This document shows, piece by piece, positions 33,751 to 35,087 of a DNA stretch of 35,087 bases. Source of the stretch: a virus (lineage: Duplodnaviria > Caudoviricetes); IMG/VR virus record IMGVR_UViG_3300011337_000104, positions 1 to 35,087 of that record; one strand, 5' to 3'. The number at the start of each line of letters is the position of its first letter. The stretch's first letter is position 1. The notes below the pieces were generated by a model. The model did not search any database. It saw only the letters and a program-made list of their open reading frames with translations, and was not told the DNA's origin. Both the position numbers and the translations under genes were made by a program.

Positions 33751-34269
33751 ATGGCTTTTCTCGGACAAACCTTTGACTCGAACGACCTCCCACAAGGCAC
33801 TGGCGGCAGCTTTGAGCCGCTGCCGGAGGGTTTCTACAACGCGACCATCACCCAGGCTGAGCTGAAGCCTACCAACGACGGCACCGGCCAGTACATCAAG
33901 CTGCGCCTGGACATCACTGGGCCGAGCCACCAGGGCCGGGTGATCTTCTCGAACCTCAACATCAAGAACGCGAGCGCCAAGGCCGAGGAGATCGGACGCC
34001 AGCAGCTTGGCGACATCATGCGCGCCATCGGCCTGGCCAAGGTCAACGACACCGACCAGCTCATCGGTGGCAACGTCAACATCAAGCTGGCGATCCGCGA
34101 CAAGCGCACCGACGAGAAGACTGGCAAGACCTACGACGCCAGCAACGAGGTCAAGGCCTACCGCGCCATCAATGGTGGCGCTGCGCCGGCCTTCCAGGCT
34201 TCTGCGCCTGCAGCAGCTCCGGCAACATCTGCGCCTGCCAAGGCTGCGCCGCCCTGGGCCAAGAAGTAA
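33751..34269 (+). CDS. DUF669-like single-stranded DNA-binding protein
   Basis: FEPLPEGFYNATI..OB-like core; C-terminal PPWAKK tail. Confidence 0.8.
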   Translation: MAFLGQTFDSNDLPQGTGGSFEPLPEGFYNATITQAELKPTNDGTGQYIKLRLDITGPSHQGRVIFSNLNIKNASAKAEEIGRQQLGDIMRAIGLAKVNDTDQLIGGNVNIKLAIRDKRTDEKTGKTYDASNEVKAYRAINGGAAPAFQASAPAAAPATSAPAKAAPPWAKK

Positions 34270-34275
34270 GGCATG

Positions 34276-34307
34276 AAAAAGCCCCAGCCTCGTGAGAGGA
34301 CTGGGGC
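34276..34307 (-). terminator. GC-rich hairpin with U tract only on the - strand
   Basis: AAAAA-GCCCCAG-CCTC-GTGA-GAGG-A-CTGGGGC. Confidence 0.55.
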
Positions 34308-34345
34308 AACCTCAATGGCAACCACTCAGAAGGAGACCGGGCACC

Positions 34346-35087
34346 ATGAAGATACCCGAGCCAAATCATAGCATTCAGGCCTTGATCGACAAGCACCACG
34401 AGAGCCTGGCCGAGCCGCCCAGGCCTCACATGGGCTGCAGCCAGTTGGGTCACCCATGTGACAGATGGCTGTGGCTGTCGTTTCGCTGGGCCGTGCAGCC
34501 AAAATTCCCTGGCCGCATCCTGCGATTGTTCAGGCGTGGCCAGATGGAAGAGGCCACCATCGTCTCGGACTTGCGCGCCATCGGCCTCGATGTGCGTGGC
34601 TCAGGCCGGCAGCAGACGCGCGTGGACTTCGGTGCGCATGTGTCCGGCAGCATCGACGCCATCATCGAGTCTGGCGTGCCTGAAGCGCCCAAGAAGCGCC
34701 ACATCGCCGAGTTCAAGACCCACAGCGCCAAGTCGTTCGCCGACCTGGAGAAGAACGGGGTCGAGAAGTCCAAGCCTGAGCACTGGGTCCAGATGCAGCT
34801 CTACATGCACGGCACCGAGATCGACCGTGCCTTGTACCTGGCCGTCTGCAAGGACGACGACCGCATTTACACCGAGCGCATCAATTACGACCAGGCGGCA
34901 GCCGAGAAGGCCATCGAGCGCGGCCGCAGGCTGGCGCTGTCCGACCGCATGCCTGAGCCGATCAGCACCGACCCGAGCTGGTATCAGTGCAAGTTCTGCG
35001 ACGCCTACAAGTTCTGCCACGAGACCAAGACCACCGAGCATGTGAACTGCCGCACCTGCGCGCACAGCACGGCCAAGGACGACAGCA
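34346..35087 (+). CDS. Cas4-like PD-(D/E)XK exonuclease, 5' part (continues at 94..380)
   Basis: AAGGAG RBS; SQLGHPCDR, GSIDA, AEFKT, QMQLY, CKFC-x5-C. Confidence 0.88.
   Translation, partial: MKIPEPNHSIQALIDKHHESLAEPPRPHMGCSQLGHPCDRWLWLSFRWAVQPKFPGRILRLFRRGQMEEATIVSDLRAIGLDVRGSGRQQTRVDFGAHVSGSIDAIIESGVPEAPKKRHIAEFKTHSAKSFADLEKNGVEKSKPEHWVQMQLYMHGTEIDRALYLAVCKDDDRIYTERINYDQAAAEKAIERGRRLALSDRMPEPISTDPSWYQCKFCDAYKFCHETKTTEHVNCRTCAHSTAKDDS
34995..35087. repeat. 93-bp terminal direct repeat, right copy
   Basis: identical to 1-93. Confidence 0.97.

Overview
The window is an apparently complete, circularly permuted genome of a GC-rich tailed phage. The unit length is 34,994 bp, and positions 1-93 repeat exactly at 34995-35087 in the middle of a gene. 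The virion module is P22-like (podovirus): terS, terL, portal, scaffold, coat, gp4/gp10/needle-like proteins, three ejection proteins, a stand-alone tailspike head-binding protein, a fibre, a beta-helix tailspike and a holin/M15 endolysin cassette. Two arms diverge from overlapping promoters at about 32.55 kb and converge at 6310/6314. The + arm carries a Sak4-like ATPase, a DUF669-like SSB, a Cas4-like nuclease spanning the contig ends, an SF2 helicase, a sigma-region-4-like HTH, VRR-NUC, an Arc-like protein and many small ORFs. The - arm carries a Cro-like HTH, a Toprim-AAA primase/helicase, an origin-like region with three perfect DnaA boxes, a ParB-methyltransferase fusion, then morphogenesis and lysis genes. 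No integrase, CI repressor, DNA polymerase, tRNA, CRISPR array or spanin was recognised. Most notable candidates: (i) a half-size DDxxD (prenyltransferase-like) protein and a HiPIP-like Cys protein sitting immediately before the ejection genes; (ii) three TTG..-16/17-GAAAAT promoters and several structured 5' leaders, including a clean H-type pseudoknot in front of the scaffold gene; (iii) short exact repeats that appear to shuffle modules among small early genes. All family assignments come from motif recognition and gene order, not database searches.
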